The translations under genes were made by a program, and so were the position numbers. DNA of 64,000 nt, from IMG/VR virus record IMGVR_UViG_3300045988_081755; one strand, written 5' to 3'. Each line of letters starts with the position of its first letter. Position 1 is the stretch's first letter. Shown piece after piece: positions 62,920 through 64,000 of the stretch. The notes beneath the pieces were generated by a model. That model saw only the letters and a list, made by a program, of their open reading frames with translations, was not told the origin of the DNA and searched no databases. This DNA comes from a virus.

Positions 62920-63405
62920 ATGATTAAGACTGGTTTAACCGCAGAAGAGCTCGAACGTAGTGCTCTCTTGCTTAATGGTTTGCTTGCCGACCACTTCACG
63001 CTGTTGCTGAAGACATGGCAGTTTCACTGGAACGTCGTAGGAGACTCATTTGGTTCCTATCACGAAGGGATGCTGAAACTTTATGAAGCCGAAATTGAAC
63101 GTGTTGATGATGTTGCTGAACGTATCCGTGCGCTCGGAAAACGTCCGTTGGGTTCTATGGAAGCTATGTTACAGAACAACCACATTCAGGAGTTTAAGAT
63201 GGATGAAAGAGTTCCTCAGGCAATTGATATGTGGAAAATCATTCGTGACGACTGGGATAGGATGATACGTTCAATTCGTGACATTCACAAACAAATCCCT
63301 CAGAACGACCTCGCCACTCTGAACTTCCTTGAGGACATGATTGAAAGCATGGAAAAGGAAGCGTGGATGAATCGTTCCTACAATGTTACTCCCGAGGGAG
63401 AGTAA
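62920..63405 (+). CDS. dps: Dps-family (DNA protection during starvation / ferritin-like) protein
   Basis: 161 aa. LNGLLADHFTLLLKTWQFHWNVVGDSFGSYHEGMLKLYEAEIERVDDVAERIRALGKRP follows the Dps consensus, including the ferroxidase His/Asp/Glu positions. Lone plus-strand gene, with hairpin terminator 63426-63448. Confidence 0.9.
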   Translation: MIKTGLTAEELERSALLLNGLLADHFTLLLKTWQFHWNVVGDSFGSYHEGMLKLYEAEIERVDDVAERIRALGKRPLGSMEAMLQNNHIQEFKMDERVPQAIDMWKIIRDDWDRMIRSIRDIHKQIPQNDLATLNFLEDMIESMEKEAWMNRSYNVTPEGE

Positions 63406-63425
63406 CCGCTTACAACCTACAAAAC

Positions 63426-63448
63426 AGGGGAGCCTCATCAGCTCCCCT
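63426..63448. terminator. bidirectional terminator between dps and the poly-G gene
   Basis: AGGGGAGC-ctcatca-GCTCCCCT followed by TTCTTTTT. It sits between convergent stops. Confidence 0.7.
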
Positions 63449-63454
63449 TTCTTT

Positions 63455-63988
63455 TTAATTATACAAATGAAAAGTTCCAGTTGCGGAACCACCTGCTCCC
63501 ATATATTCAACCTTTATATCGTAATAACAAGAAACTGAAGACGGTGCTCCAGATTTCTTTGCAAACTGAACCCGAGTCCCATATTGGCTGGTATTAGTGA
63601 CATCATAATACGAAGTATTCGTAGGAGTAACTGTCACCCGTGTATTTCCATCTTTGCTGAAATCTTCTGATATCAGAGTATCTCCTTCATAAACAGCTTT
63701 TCGCAAACGAAATTCTGGTGTGACGAATGGGGCTGCGAAATTTGCCTCAATAGTCCCAGAAGGAGTTATCCACCCTTTACTTGTCCCAGCGAAGCTGTCA
63801 AAATTATATTGCAACTCAGTCACATATCTTCTTCCTGCGCTTTGAGCTACATTAATGGTTCGAGTGATACCCCCCCCTGAATGGTTATCGTAGAGGAACG
63901 AGCATTACCAGTGTTTGCGGGAACCGCAACGGTCACTTCCTGTGACCCCCCCCGAATCGGGAGTGATTGTAAGAAAATCTTTTTTCAT
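63455..63988 (-). CDS. BACON-like paralog interrupted by two poly-G tracts (phase-variable candidate, out of frame as assembled)
   Basis: The ATG at 63988 gives MKKDFLTITPDSGGV... and stops early. G7 or G10 at the first tract gives GSQEVTVAVPANTGNARSSTITIQGG. G6 or G9 at the second tract joins GGITRTINVAQSAGRRYV to track ORF 63455..63823, which starts at a GTG. Confidence 0.6.
63870..63877 (-). repeat. poly-G tract (G8), second tract of gene 63455..63988
   Basis: Run of 8 C on the plus strand. In-frame lengths would be 6 or 9. Confidence 0.95.
63946..63953 (-). repeat. poly-G tract (G8), first tract of gene 63455..63988
   Basis: Run of 8 C on the plus strand. In-frame lengths would be 7 or 10. 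Confidence 0.95.
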
Positions 63989-64000
63989 GATTCTTTAATT

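Noticed and set aside
1-64000. crAss-like podovirus assignment
   Set aside because: The gene order sheath-like, tube-like, two chaperones, tape measure, baseplate J-like indicates a contractile tail. No giant RNAP or crAss-type replication genes were seen, and no stop-codon reassignment is needed to read the ORFs.

Overview
The window looks like one contiguous piece of a tailed phage, or phage-plasmid, of a Bacteroidota host. The host call rests on at least 12 intergenic promoters matching the Bacteroides-type -33 TTTG / -7 TAnnTTTG consensus at a fixed 19-nt spacing.

Layout:
- 1-32.7 kb, minus strand: a tightly packed virion module. In transcription order it runs portal, MuF/gp7-like protein, Nudix protein, prohead protease, scaffold, major capsid, neck genes, Ig/BACON-like surface proteins (including a 1294-aa repeat giant), sheath, tube, chaperones, tape measure and baseplate.
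- 32.7-33.4 kb: non-coding region with four to five ~21-bp iterons and an inverted half-iteron.
- 33.4-35.9 kb, plus strand: an operon of a Rep_3-like initiator, a coiled-coil protein, a membrane protein, a lipoprotein and a papain-like peptidase.
- 35.9-38.4 kb: what I read as a three-cassette site-specific inversion switch for the C-terminus of a BACON-like protein.
- 38.4-64 kb, minus strand: about 55 small early or accessory genes. Recognisable ones are an HU-like protein, an ECF-like sigma factor, a HAD 3'-phosphatase, a TIGR02757-like protein, a glucosaminidase lysin and a DUF2829/Tad2-like fusion. A Dps-like gene sits on the plus strand.

Two further paralogs of the switch gene each carry two poly-G tracts and are out of frame as assembled.

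I found no terminase, DNA polymerase, integrase, recombinase, tRNA or CRISPR array in the window. All family names are recalled from motifs read by eye; nothing was searched.
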